From an uncultured Saprospiraceae bacterium (GTDB taxonomy: Bacteria; Bacteroidota; Bacteroidia; Chitinophagales; Saprospiraceae), in NCBI GenBank assembly GCA_964402245.1, contig CAYOBX010000001.1, forward strand, positions 1 through 51,001: a stretch of 51,001 bases of DNA. The letters are read 5' to 3'. Shown here in pieces: positions 1 to 8,347 of the stretch. Position 1 is the first letter of the stretch; every line of letters starts with the position of its first letter. Below the pieces are notes generated by a model. The model was not told the DNA's origin and ran no database searches. It saw nothing but the letters and a program-made list of their open reading frames with translations. A program made the position numbers and the translations under genes.

Positions 1-55
1 AAAAAATAGTCCTTACCGTGTTGTCGCTTGCGCTCCTGCCCGAACCATAAGCACG
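1..55. repeat. Wrap-around duplicate of 50947..51001 (circular junction)
   Basis: 55/55 identical to the last 55 bases of the window. Confidence 0.95.
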
Positions 56-153
56 ATTTTTCCCTCCATTCTCACCCCCATTCTCGCCGAAGGGCAGAAG
101 GATAAAGCGCATTTAGTGCTTTTATCCTTCAACCCCAACAAAGGAGCGAAAAA

Positions 154-462
154 ATGCAGGAAGTGACCACCACAGACTTTTCCCGTTTCGGTTATCGAGA
201 AAGAGAGATGGCAGAAGAATTACTCAAAGCATGGCGAGAACAGGGACTACCCGAAGATTTTGATAATGATTCAGTCGTTATTATGATGAATTTCTATTCT
301 GGCAATGTGTTTTTAACCAATGCTGATTACCAAGTGGCAATGATGAATGGTGACACATTAGAGAGCTTCTATACCGATTTTGAAACAGGAGAAGAAGGAT
401 TCAAAGAGGAATTAAGCGAAGAAGCCTTAACACGGCCTGGAATTAATGAAAGTGAGGAATAG
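154..462 (+). CDS. Hypothetical small acidic protein (102 aa)
   Basis: ORF with AAGGAG 7 nt upstream of the ATG. Overlaps the next ORF by 17 nt. 25 Asp/Glu versus 7 Arg/Lys. No motif recognised. Confidence 0.6.
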   Translation: MQEVTTTDFSRFGYREREMAEELLKAWREQGLPEDFDNDSVVIMMNFYSGNVFLTNADYQVAMMNGDTLESFYTDFETGEEGFKEELSEEALTRPGINESEE

Positions 463-832
463 AGCAATGAATAATGATAATATCAACATTCTTAAAAATG
501 AACTGAAACAATTTACAGGAAGTGAAAACTGTTATCAGAATCCACTCTTTAGAGGTTATGTCTATACGGAAGGGGTGAAACATCTGGCAAAACAGGCAGA
601 GGCTTATTGGCTCATTGATTACGTTCTTTCCCATCAGTTAGACCCGAAAGTGAAGGTATATCCCTTTCAAACATGGAAGCTAATAACACAAGATAATAGT
701 GCAACCGTTACCGTAGAAGATGGTAATAAGAACGAAATTGCCAGTTTTACCATTGGCTATACAGATTTTCCATTAGAGGAAATCACTCTTTGGCTAGTGG
801 ATAAAACGTTGCTTTTACCATCAGAATATTAA
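446..832 (+). CDS. DUF6876-like protein (128 aa)
   Basis: Paralog of 27926..28303 (53/113 identical in a gapless by-eye alignment). Shared FTG/FSG..PLF..YT.GV..LAK.AE.YWL and LLLPSE[YH] C-terminus. The family name is from memory. Confidence 0.65.
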   Translation: MKVRNRAMNNDNINILKNELKQFTGSENCYQNPLFRGYVYTEGVKHLAKQAEAYWLIDYVLSHQLDPKVKVYPFQTWKLITQDNSATVTVEDGNKNEIASFTIGYTDFPLEEITLWLVDKTLLLPSEY

Positions 833-857
833 ACCGATAGGATAGGGGAGAGTCACC

Positions 858-1151
858 ATGAAAAAGTTAGTCTTACCTTGGCAGGGCATGAATATCAAAA
901 TCACTTATGAGTCAGATTATAGTCAAGCGGTTAAAACCATACAAGGCTACCAATTGGCGCATATTGAAGTTAGGCATGATTCTCCCCTACCGATTACCGA
1001 AACAGGCTATAGGAGTCTCTTTTTACCCGATAAGGAGGTGCAGGAAGCAGGAGGAGTCATAAAGCTTATTCGTGCTGAATTGGATAGAGCCGCCCAATCA
1101 AAAGAATGGAAACAATATAAAGCGAGACAAAGCCAATTGAAGCTATTCTAA
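858..1151 (+). CDS. Hypothetical protein (97 aa)
   Basis: ORF with GGGGAG upstream of the ATG, in the same operon-like string as the two preceding ORFs. Confidence 0.6.
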   Translation: MKKLVLPWQGMNIKITYESDYSQAVKTIQGYQLAHIEVRHDSPLPITETGYRSLFLPDKEVQEAGGVIKLIRAELDRAAQSKEWKQYKARQSQLKLF

Positions 1152-1174
1152 AATCTTTAGTGATGCTAAAAAAA

Positions 1175-1202
1175 TACAGAAGAATACAGCAATTTGCTGT
1201 AT
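1175..1202. promoter_or_regulatory. TACAG/CTGTA palindrome of the same type as the par-locus sites
   Basis: ATACAGCAATTTGCTGTAT at 1184..1202 plus an extra TACAG at 1175. Bases 1186..1208 match 46583..46605 at 22/23 positions. Confidence 0.6.
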
Positions 1203-1288
1203 TTTGCTTTTGTATTACTAGCGCCAATCTTGTAAATGTGAAAAGTGTTCTTTATTGATGTGTTTAAATCAGAATAGGAGAAGAAGCA

Positions 1289-1663
1289 TTGACTGACGTT
1301 ATTTCAATGATAGATGGGAAAAAACTTTATCAGCCTTTTGAGGAATTTGATAATAAGAAGCTATCGTATTTTGAGTTATTTAATCATGATTTCTCAGAAG
1401 AAAAACCTAGGAAATTTGGTATAAAATACAAGAATTTGATTATGACCAGACTTTATCCTTTGTCGGGTAGTGATGGAGATTCTTGTTTGCTTATTCAGAT
1501 TTTTGGTCAAAATGAGCTAATGCTTAAAGGTTATAATTTAGATAGGTTAGCAACTCTATTTCTTAATGATAACTTGAAAGTAGCTTATAGTTTCAATCCT
1601 AACACGCATTATTTATTAGGTGATATTGAAGAAGAAATTGTCATAAAGAAAATTGAAGAATGA
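1289..1663 (+). CDS. Hypothetical protein (124 aa; TTG start, alternative ATG at 1307)
   Basis: AGGAG 8 nt upstream of the TTG. The C-terminal half resembles the 139-aa ORF at 1688..2107 (G.NL..L motif). Confidence 0.55.
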   Translation: MTDVISMIDGKKLYQPFEEFDNKKLSYFELFNHDFSEEKPRKFGIKYKNLIMTRLYPLSGSDGDSCLLIQIFGQNELMLKGYNLDRLATLFLNDNLKVAYSFNPNTHYLLGDIEEEIVIKKIEE

Positions 1664-1664
1664 G

Positions 1665-1696
1665 AGAAGGGGCGAAAGTCCCCTTTCTTATTTTTT
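1665..1696. terminator. Bidirectional intrinsic terminator between convergent ORFs
   Basis: AAGGGG / CCCCTT stem with a 7-nt loop, followed by TCTTATTTTTT. Confidence 0.6.
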
Positions 1697-2107
1697 GCTA
1701 TCCTCTTCGTCTTCAATCTCGATGCGGCTAATGTAAAGTTCATCCTCGTTGAACCTTTTTTCTATATCGGCTGGATATTCCCTTATTTCGCTGATTTTAA
1801 CCCGTAGCAAATGCTTGTGCAATTCTCTTAAATTCCTGCCTGTAATGGTAATGAGTGAGGTATAATCGAAGCGTATTACAATAGCGTGTGGTTCCCGATT
1901 AAACCAAATCCGCTTAATGGACGGAATGGGCAACGCTGTTTCATTGCCATCTTTGGGGCAGATATTGAGAAAATCAGGAGTTGCCCCATTCTGCCGAATG
2001 AGTGTATAAAAAGGAGCATCTTCCGTAATTTCTTCGGTTCTATTATTTGCTCTAGTGCTAACGGTTGGTTGCCAGCTTTTTGTTTTAAGGTTATCCTGTT
2101 GTGTCAT
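1688..2107 (-). CDS. Hypothetical protein (139 aa), translationally coupled to the relaxase
   Basis: Its start overlaps the relaxase stop by 4 nt (2104..2107). No motif recognised. Confidence 0.6.
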   Translation of the reverse strand: MTQQDNLKTKSWQPTVSTRANNRTEEITEDAPFYTLIRQNGATPDFLNICPKDGNETALPIPSIKRIWFNREPHAIVIRFDYTSLITITGRNLRELHKHLLRVKISEIREYPADIEKRFNEDELYISRIEIEDEEDSKK

Positions 2108-4839
2108 AAACTATGTGTTTTTGAATGTTGATTTTGTTTTGCTTTGACTGCCGCAGCATTAGCTGACTTAGCTTGACGCTTATGTTTTGCACGAATGGCA
2201 TTTTCTACTGTGTCTTGATGATAGACCACTTCTCTTGCAGTCATGCGTTTGCCACTTTTCTTAACTCCTCGTTCTAAAGCGAGTTTGTCATCCGTAAAGA
2301 TAGTAGCTCGTTCTCTTGCTCGGCTGATGCTAACATAGAACTGTTCGGTACTGGCTGCTGGGAGCGATTGGCTAGATTGGGCAATAAAGACCCTATCGAC
2401 CGTTTTACCCTGCGAAGAGTGGGAAGTAGTGGTATAGCCATAAGCAAGATGCCCAAAGCCTTTATCCAGCACCTTACCTGTATGTAATTTGATATGCCCC
2501 TGCTTGGTGAATCCTTTGATGGTGAAAGTATCGCCATTATGGATACGTGTACCCTCACGAGTTTTGCCGCCCTTGGTAATGCGTATCTTTTCACCTTTAG
2601 CAAGCTGTAGCTCCTGTTTCTGATAGACGGTGAAGCGGTTGGCATGGCGCAATCCTAACTGATTGGAATTTCCCTCTTCCTTTCCTTCTTTCTGTGCCGA
2701 TAGGACATGAAGGTTTAAAGATTGTTCAGCGTCCAGATTCCACCTTTCGCCCTTCTTATGTCCTTGGCTATTTTGATGAAACTCGACCATTAATTTTTGT
2801 GGATGGTCGTGGTAATGGCGAATATCGCCTTTATTTTCCTCTGTCCAATTAGTCGTTTTCAGTTGTGTAAAAATACGTTCTTGCTTATCGAGCGTTCCCA
2901 ATTCTTTTAGCTCATGGCGTAAGGCAGTCGTAACTTGCTTGCCCTCTCGGTGAGTAGGAGAGACAATCAAAGCGGTTTTCTTTTGCTTGGCAGCGAGGAC
3001 ATAGCTTTGTACCAAAGCTTGCTGTCGATGTTCCTGATTCTTCAATTCAACCACGCCTCCCATTTTATCTAAATCATAAAGTGCTTTATCTGCTTCGCCT
3101 TTGGCAGCTAATGCCACAATCTTTTTAAATTGTGGACTGTTCCTTTGGCGTTGAATTTCATTAACACGAGCCACTTTGATACCGCCTTCCTGTTCAAGAA
3201 TCCGTAGTGCATCACCAGCCGCAACCGAGGAATGTTGATTTATATCGCCAGTCATTAATATGCGAGCCTCTTGCTGTTTTGCAACCTTAAATAGTTTATT
3301 CATGTCCTTGACACCAATCAAGCCAGCTTCATCAACCCAAATCACTCCCTTGTTAGTTTTCTGCTGGAATTCTTCATCAACCAATAACCGAGCCAGCGTA
3401 TCGGAATCTTTAAAACCTTCGGAGCGCATTACGCCCCGACTCGCTGCGGCAGAAGGAGCAACACCTATAAAGGGAATGTTACTTTCTTCAATGCCATCTC
3501 TGATTTCTTTAACGAGAGTGGTTTTTCCCACTCCAGCTCCTCCAGATACTATGGTCACATTATTGGTATCTTTCAAAGCATGGAAAATGGCAGCGACTTG
3601 TTCCCTGTTCAGATAATCAGCTTTAGGTTGATAGAAAGGATTAATCGGGGCTTTAGTGCCTTTGCCTTCTCGCATATAAGCAAGCATTTGATTCTCTGCT
3701 TGGAGCGCATCATCTGTCGTTAGGTAATTTTGATAATCCTTTTTCTGTTTATAGAATTTTTGACGACTAATAGCACCGTCCAATTGTTCGGGCAGTACAT
3801 CGCCATAACTCCGTTTTAGCGTCTCAGCCTTTAACTGGTACTCTTTGACGACCGACTTCCTTTCAAATAAATGATGAGTCGCCGAACTTAACGCCCCATC
3901 AACCAATACGTCTTTTTTCTTTTCACGGTCAAAAGTAGCCGAAGGCTGCGCTGCTTGTCGAATGGCTTCACTCTCCGCATCGGAAAGCCACCCCTCCCAA
4001 ACCTTTTGTAATTTCTCCCAACTCAATTTCTTTTCTTTTTTGGAACGGGTTAAAGCCCCTAGCTTATCCTTTTGTTTTGCAGTTAGTGACTCACCTTTAT
4101 TTTTAGCCGCTGCTTCGACTTCCGCAGTACGACGAGAAAATTTAGAAAGGGTAGGGGAGTCTATGCCCGATAGCTCATAACTATAACCTCGCTTATCAAT
4201 GCCATAGCCGAGGGATTTCATTTTGTTTGCCATACGAGCATTAAAAGCAGTTTCGTAATAAGGCGCAGTTTTTTTAAGCATTCCAAACTCCCCAGCTTGG
4301 AATCTTTTTTTATCCTCATTCCAAGTGGTATTCATCACAAAACAATGGCTATGTAAATGAGGGTCAGGGATGCCGTCAACAGGTCGGCTGGTTTTATGGG
4401 TGAAGCTCGCCCACACCATATTTCCCGTTAGCTTATGCTCTTTCTCTTTTCCCTGCCCCGTTTGGGTGCGCATGTCCTTTTCCATTTCTTGCATGGTGGA
4501 TTGCACCGCTCCTTGAAAGGCTTCCAAAATCCGTTCATCCTTATTGATGGCATAAGCAACGGAAACAGACTTTGGAACAGAGAACGTAAAATCATAGCCG
4601 ACCTTTCGAGTTTTGCTATGACGAGGATTAAGCTTTGAGCCATCTGGTTTTTGGTTATTGATGAGTGCGGCAAAATCTTTGGTGGCCACTTCTCCAGAAA
4701 GCCCTAAACGCTCGGCAGCCTTCCCGCCCCATCTCCCAATTGAATCCTCCCCTGTGGCATAATAATCGCCTTTGGTCAGTCCCTCCGAGAAATAGCTCAT
4801 TGCTCCTGCGGCACTCTTGCTTTGAGTTATTCGTAACAT
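2104..4839 (-). CDS. MOBF-type conjugative relaxase fused to an SF1 (RecD-like) helicase (TrwC/TraI family)
   Basis: N-terminus MLRITQSKS..AMSYF..GDYY (catalytic Tyr region) and an HLHSH histidine cluster. C-terminal helicase motifs: Walker A GGAGVGKTT, Walker B IWVDEAG, and TTSHSSQGKT. Confidence 0.9.
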   Translation of the reverse strand: MLRITQSKSAAGAMSYFSEGLTKGDYYATGEDSIGRWGGKAAERLGLSGEVATKDFAALINNQKPDGSKLNPRHSKTRKVGYDFTFSVPKSVSVAYAINKDERILEAFQGAVQSTMQEMEKDMRTQTGQGKEKEHKLTGNMVWASFTHKTSRPVDGIPDPHLHSHCFVMNTTWNEDKKRFQAGEFGMLKKTAPYYETAFNARMANKMKSLGYGIDKRGYSYELSGIDSPTLSKFSRRTAEVEAAAKNKGESLTAKQKDKLGALTRSKKEKKLSWEKLQKVWEGWLSDAESEAIRQAAQPSATFDREKKKDVLVDGALSSATHHLFERKSVVKEYQLKAETLKRSYGDVLPEQLDGAISRQKFYKQKKDYQNYLTTDDALQAENQMLAYMREGKGTKAPINPFYQPKADYLNREQVAAIFHALKDTNNVTIVSGGAGVGKTTLVKEIRDGIEESNIPFIGVAPSAAASRGVMRSEGFKDSDTLARLLVDEEFQQKTNKGVIWVDEAGLIGVKDMNKLFKVAKQQEARILMTGDINQHSSVAAGDALRILEQEGGIKVARVNEIQRQRNSPQFKKIVALAAKGEADKALYDLDKMGGVVELKNQEHRQQALVQSYVLAAKQKKTALIVSPTHREGKQVTTALRHELKELGTLDKQERIFTQLKTTNWTEENKGDIRHYHDHPQKLMVEFHQNSQGHKKGERWNLDAEQSLNLHVLSAQKEGKEEGNSNQLGLRHANRFTVYQKQELQLAKGEKIRITKGGKTREGTRIHNGDTFTIKGFTKQGHIKLHTGKVLDKGFGHLAYGYTTTSHSSQGKTVDRVFIAQSSQSLPAASTEQFYVSISRARERATIFTDDKLALERGVKKSGKRMTAREVVYHQDTVENAIRAKHKRQAKSANAAAVKAKQNQHSKTHSL

Positions 4840-4999
4840 GATGATGTAAGTATTTTAAGTATGGCTTTTCTCCTTTAGGTCGAAAGTCATGTTGAAAAAT
4901 TATAAAAGGCAGACATCTCGTCTAAGACATGCTTATGACCGTAAATGCCCCCCATGACAGCTTGATGACAGCGCATGGGAAAGAGTCGAAAATTCCCAT

Positions 5000-5034
5000 A
5001 AAAAAAGGAGCTGTGTCCTAATCAACACAGCCCC
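5000..5034 (-). terminator. Intrinsic terminator ending the upstream minus-strand operon
   Basis: GCTGTGT / ACACAGC stem followed on the minus strand by T7. Confidence 0.65.
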
Positions 5035-5075
5035 ATTTTTAGGCTAGAATGGTTATTCCTAAAAAATAGCCCTGC

Positions 5076-5492
5076 CTATTCTATCTTCTCAATAGGTTCT
5101 AATTCTTCGTGATAAAGCCATTCTACACAATGCTTGAGTTCGACAATATCCCATTGCTCAAAGGGAAGTTGCACCGTCCAAAAGACAAGTTCTTTTAGCT
5201 TGATGCGCATTTGTTTTCTTGCCTCCTTGGTATCGAGCTTACCTTCTTCATGCAGAACGAAATAGCAATCAGCCATCAATTTGCAAAGATCACGAATGCG
5301 CTCAATGTCGCTTTCTAAATCCTGATGCTGCACAATCTCAGTACAGATTCTTTCTACCATTTCGGTAGAAAGTTTGGTTTGATCGCCATCAATAATATGA
5401 CGAGCTAATTGACACATAGCGGCAAGATTTCCCTTGCTGGCTGATTCCCTAATAGGCAGTAATTCGGCACTAACAATAATATTTTCAAACAT
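5076..5492 (-). CDS. Hypothetical protein (138 aa from the internal ATG; the longest ORF extends to 5540)
   Basis: GGAGG 7 nt upstream of the ATG at 5492. The alternative ATG at 5540 overlaps the upstream stop as ATGA. Confidence 0.55.
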   Translation of the reverse strand: MFENIIVSAELLPIRESASKGNLAAMCQLARHIIDGDQTKLSTEMVERICTEIVQHQDLESDIERIRDLCKLMADCYFVLHEEGKLDTKEARKQMRIKLKELVFWTVQLPFEQWDIVELKHCVEWLYHEELEPIEKIE

Positions 5493-5536
5493 CCTTTTTC
5501 CTCCATTTATACTCTTTCTATTATAGCATAAAACAA

Positions 5537-5944
5537 TCATAAACTCCTGCCTTTTCCTTTTGATTTACCACGAGATTTTTGAGGAATACTTTTGGGGCGA
5601 TAACTGCCAGAACTTGAATTAGAACTAGGAGTATCCATTTTTTTACCTTTTTTTGCCATTGTAACCCCATTGGCTTTTAATGTTTCTCGAATGCCTGCTG
5701 CATCGACTTGTTGCTTTGCTTTTTGCATATTACTATTAGCGACTGCTGGTTTTTGCTTTGCTATAGCTTGCTTGATTTTGGCATTTTTGACTTGCTGAGG
5801 ATACTGATTTGCTGGTTTTTGGGGAGGGGCTTTTTGAGGTTGTTTTTGCTGCTTCAACATACGTTGCCGCAATTTTTGCAGTTGAGAATTTATCCATTTC
5901 ATGGTTTGAGAATTTAAAGGATGCTGAATGATTTCAGCATCCAT
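5537..5944 (-). CDS. Lys/Gln-rich basic low-complexity protein (135 aa), possible relaxosome or DNA-binding accessory
   Basis: ORF in the mob operon. Composition only; the function is inferred from position. Confidence 0.5.
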   Translation of the reverse strand: MDAEIIQHPLNSQTMKWINSQLQKLRQRMLKQQKQPQKAPPQKPANQYPQQVKNAKIKQAIAKQKPAVANSNMQKAKQQVDAAGIRETLKANGVTMAKKGKKMDTPSSNSSSGSYRPKSIPQKSRGKSKGKGRSL

Positions 5945-5975
5945 GAATGTAAATAAGAAGGATTAGAAGTGGGAT

Positions 5976-6710
5976 TTAATCCTGAATCGTATAGTCGTTT
6001 TGAGGTTTTCTCTGCCGCTTTGGTTGGGACATTCTACCTAAAGTTTTACTCTCTTTTGCTGTATGTGCCATCATTGCACTATTAGCAAAAGCATTCCATG
6101 TTGCCCAATTATAAGAGGCTACAGCAATGAAGAGGAAATAGCTATAAGTGCTATATCCCATATCGCCGATTTTCCATGCTAGGCAGAGGAGTAAAAATGG
6201 TTCCCAATATTTCATCCACCTATTTTCATTTAACTTCCAATAGGTTTTAGGTTCACTTTCATGGTCAATTAGCTTTAAAAGGCGCATCCACCAGCGTAAG
6301 AAAAACCAATAAATCACACTATCGCCAATGGATATTCTTAAATCTCCTTTACCAAATTGTATTTTTTGCCAACTCCATGTCGCATGGATGAACATAAAAA
6401 CGCCAAAGATTTTACCATGTAGAAATACCCAATCTGCGCTGAAAATGAGTCCTTGAGATTCAGCTACGGAACTCTCCCAATTGAACGTTGCTATAAAGAA
6501 AAAAGCAGTAGAATAGGAGAACCCAAATAGCCAATCTGTCATTGAAAATAACTTGTGTCCAATATTGAATCGGAGAAATGAAGCGATAAACCAAACATTG
6601 GCACTTCTTAAAACTTTAAATAAAGCATAGAGATAGCCATAATTTCCTCGTGATGCCTTATTAGCAATATCATCAAATAAGGTATCACTAAGTCTTCGTT
6701 GTTCTTGCAT
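5976..6710 (-). CDS. Polytopic membrane protein (244 aa), Trp/Phe-rich
   Basis: Several long hydrophobic segments. Lies directly downstream of the coupling-protein-like ATPase. Confidence 0.6.
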   Translation of the reverse strand: MQEQRRLSDTLFDDIANKASRGNYGYLYALFKVLRSANVWFIASFLRFNIGHKLFSMTDWLFGFSYSTAFFFIATFNWESSVAESQGLIFSADWVFLHGKIFGVFMFIHATWSWQKIQFGKGDLRISIGDSVIYWFFLRWWMRLLKLIDHESEPKTYWKLNENRWMKYWEPFLLLCLAWKIGDMGYSTYSYFLFIAVASYNWATWNAFANSAMMAHTAKESKTLGRMSQPKRQRKPQNDYTIQD

Positions 6711-6789
6711 AATTTTAAATATTGTTCCCTTTCATTCTTACTTCTTAAAAGAAAAGAGTCGATTGAATGAGTGAGAGGATGAAAATAGA

Positions 6790-8253
6790 TTAAGATTTAA
6801 ACCAGGGTTGTTTTAAAGTCAGTTTCAAATAATTTTGACCATTGGAAAACCGTTTTCCCGTACCTGTTACAATAGCATCGACTATGCCTTTATGTTGTTT
6901 TCCTCCACGTCGAAACATAGAAAATTCTCTGGGCATGACGATGTAATGATAACTTTCTGAATGTCCTGCACTTGCTTTAAATTGCGACATATCAACCGAA
7001 CCAGAACCTAGAGAATGAATCCCCATGCCAATCGTTTTACTGGCAAATTCATTATTGATATAGTTATTTTGCGGTAAAAAGAACTTATGATTAGAAAGTG
7101 CAAAAAGGGCATTCACCTTTTCTTCTGCTGCTTTTCCTGTTCCTCCCATTTGGGCAAAAAGCGCACTAATATTTTGTGTCATCAAAATGCACCCTGCTCT
7201 CGACGAACGAGCAGTTGATAAAAATAACATATCATAGTTGTTAATGTAATGCTGATATTCATCCAAAAAAAGAATGACAGGATTAGGGCATTCATTCAAA
7301 TTTCGTGCTTCAATTTTCTTCTGTAAAATGTATTTGAACATCATTTGCGCCACTTTACCGCTATACTCATATTGCTGTATCGGTAGGTTTAATATCAATA
7401 TTTCTCCTTTCAATATGCCATCTAGGTCTAAGTTCGTACCACCACAAAAAATATTACTTAGCATGGGTGAGTTGATAAAAGGCTCTAAGATGGCACTTGT
7501 TAGACTCAAAATAGAGGACTGAGTACGGTCAGCCATAAAAGGTACTTCACGCACAAAGTAATTTTCTAAAAGCTTAAATTGGGGATGGTCTTCCCTTAAA
7601 TTTTCATGGGCTTTATTAAGCATTTGCCAGCAGAAAGAAGTTTTTTGCCAATCTTCATCTTCCAATTGTTCAGGCATTTGAGGGGCGCTACTATGAATTT
7701 TATGAAGTGTATGAATGTTAAGTTCTTCCCCTGATACCTGATTTAGCAAAATTAAACGATGCAATCTTTGGCGTTTAGCTTGTTCCCAATATTGCTCTGA
7801 ATCTTTTTTTGAACCTCCACCAAGTGATAAACCCGAAATGGTCATTAAGGCATCAACAGCTGTAATCGCCTCTTTTCCTTGATAATGATTCAGTAAATTG
7901 AAAACATCCTTATCGGTACTATTGACAATACGAATATCTTTCTCTCGTCCTTGTTTCTTTGCCCAACTCACAAATAAATCTAAATCGCTGGTTTTGTAGA
8001 GAAAAAATACCATACCGACCCTATCTTTTTCTGGTAGATGGTGAGCTTTTAGTAAATGGTTGACAAGATAATAAGCTAGTGTTGAGGTTTTGCCTGCTCC
8101 TGTAGAGCCTGTGACCAAAATATGCTCAAAAAAATCTTTCAATAATAGGTGGTCGTCTAAATGTTTGCTTCCCGTCAAATTGAGAATCGACCGTTCCATA
8201 TCTAATTTGGGCGGTGATACACCCAAATTGATAGCTTTTTTTAGAAAATTCAT
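6790..8253 (-). CDS. VirD4/TraD/TraG-type coupling-protein-like P-loop ATPase (487 aa, no TM segment)
   Basis: Walker A GSTGAGKTS, Walker B ILFLDEY, and ARSSRAGCILMTQNISAL resembling the T4CP RS.GI....Q motif. There is no N-terminal hydrophobic anchor. Confidence 0.65.
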   Translation of the reverse strand: MNFLKKAINLGVSPPKLDMERSILNLTGSKHLDDHLLLKDFFEHILVTGSTGAGKTSTLAYYLVNHLLKAHHLPEKDRVGMVFFLYKTSDLDLFVSWAKKQGREKDIRIVNSTDKDVFNLLNHYQGKEAITAVDALMTISGLSLGGGSKKDSEQYWEQAKRQRLHRLILLNQVSGEELNIHTLHKIHSSAPQMPEQLEDEDWQKTSFCWQMLNKAHENLREDHPQFKLLENYFVREVPFMADRTQSSILSLTSAILEPFINSPMLSNIFCGGTNLDLDGILKGEILILNLPIQQYEYSGKVAQMMFKYILQKKIEARNLNECPNPVILFLDEYQHYINNYDMLFLSTARSSRAGCILMTQNISALFAQMGGTGKAAEEKVNALFALSNHKFFLPQNNYINNEFASKTIGMGIHSLGSGSVDMSQFKASAGHSESYHYIVMPREFSMFRRGGKQHKGIVDAIVTGTGKRFSNGQNYLKLTLKQPWFKS

Positions 8254-8347
8254 TTCTTTATTTTAAATTAATTAGAAATATTTCTGATTAGAAATATGAG
8301 ATATGACTAAAAACATAACTCTCTAGCCATATCTCATAGGGTAGGGG

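Noticed and set aside
20-35. CGTGTTGTCG resembling the GTATTGTCT nic-proximal core of the R388 (MOBF) oriT
   Set aside because: Only 7/9 positions match a sequence recalled from memory, and no adjacent relaxase-binding hairpin is present. This is insufficient to call a nic site.
2274-4673. Alternative-frame and antisense ORFs inside the relaxase gene (2274..2645, 3260..3616, 3962..4180, 4428..4673, 4435..4638)
   Set aside because: They overlap a confidently identified relaxase-helicase ORF and are shadow ORFs.
8337-8346. Recurring GGGTAGGG-like motif near several gene ends (8337, 17287, 17509, complement at 38553 and 41693)
   Set aside because: The shared cores are only 10-11 nt. With about 1.3e9 position pairs in 51 kb, dozens of 11-12-mer coincidences are expected. 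No consistent orientation or spacing was seen.
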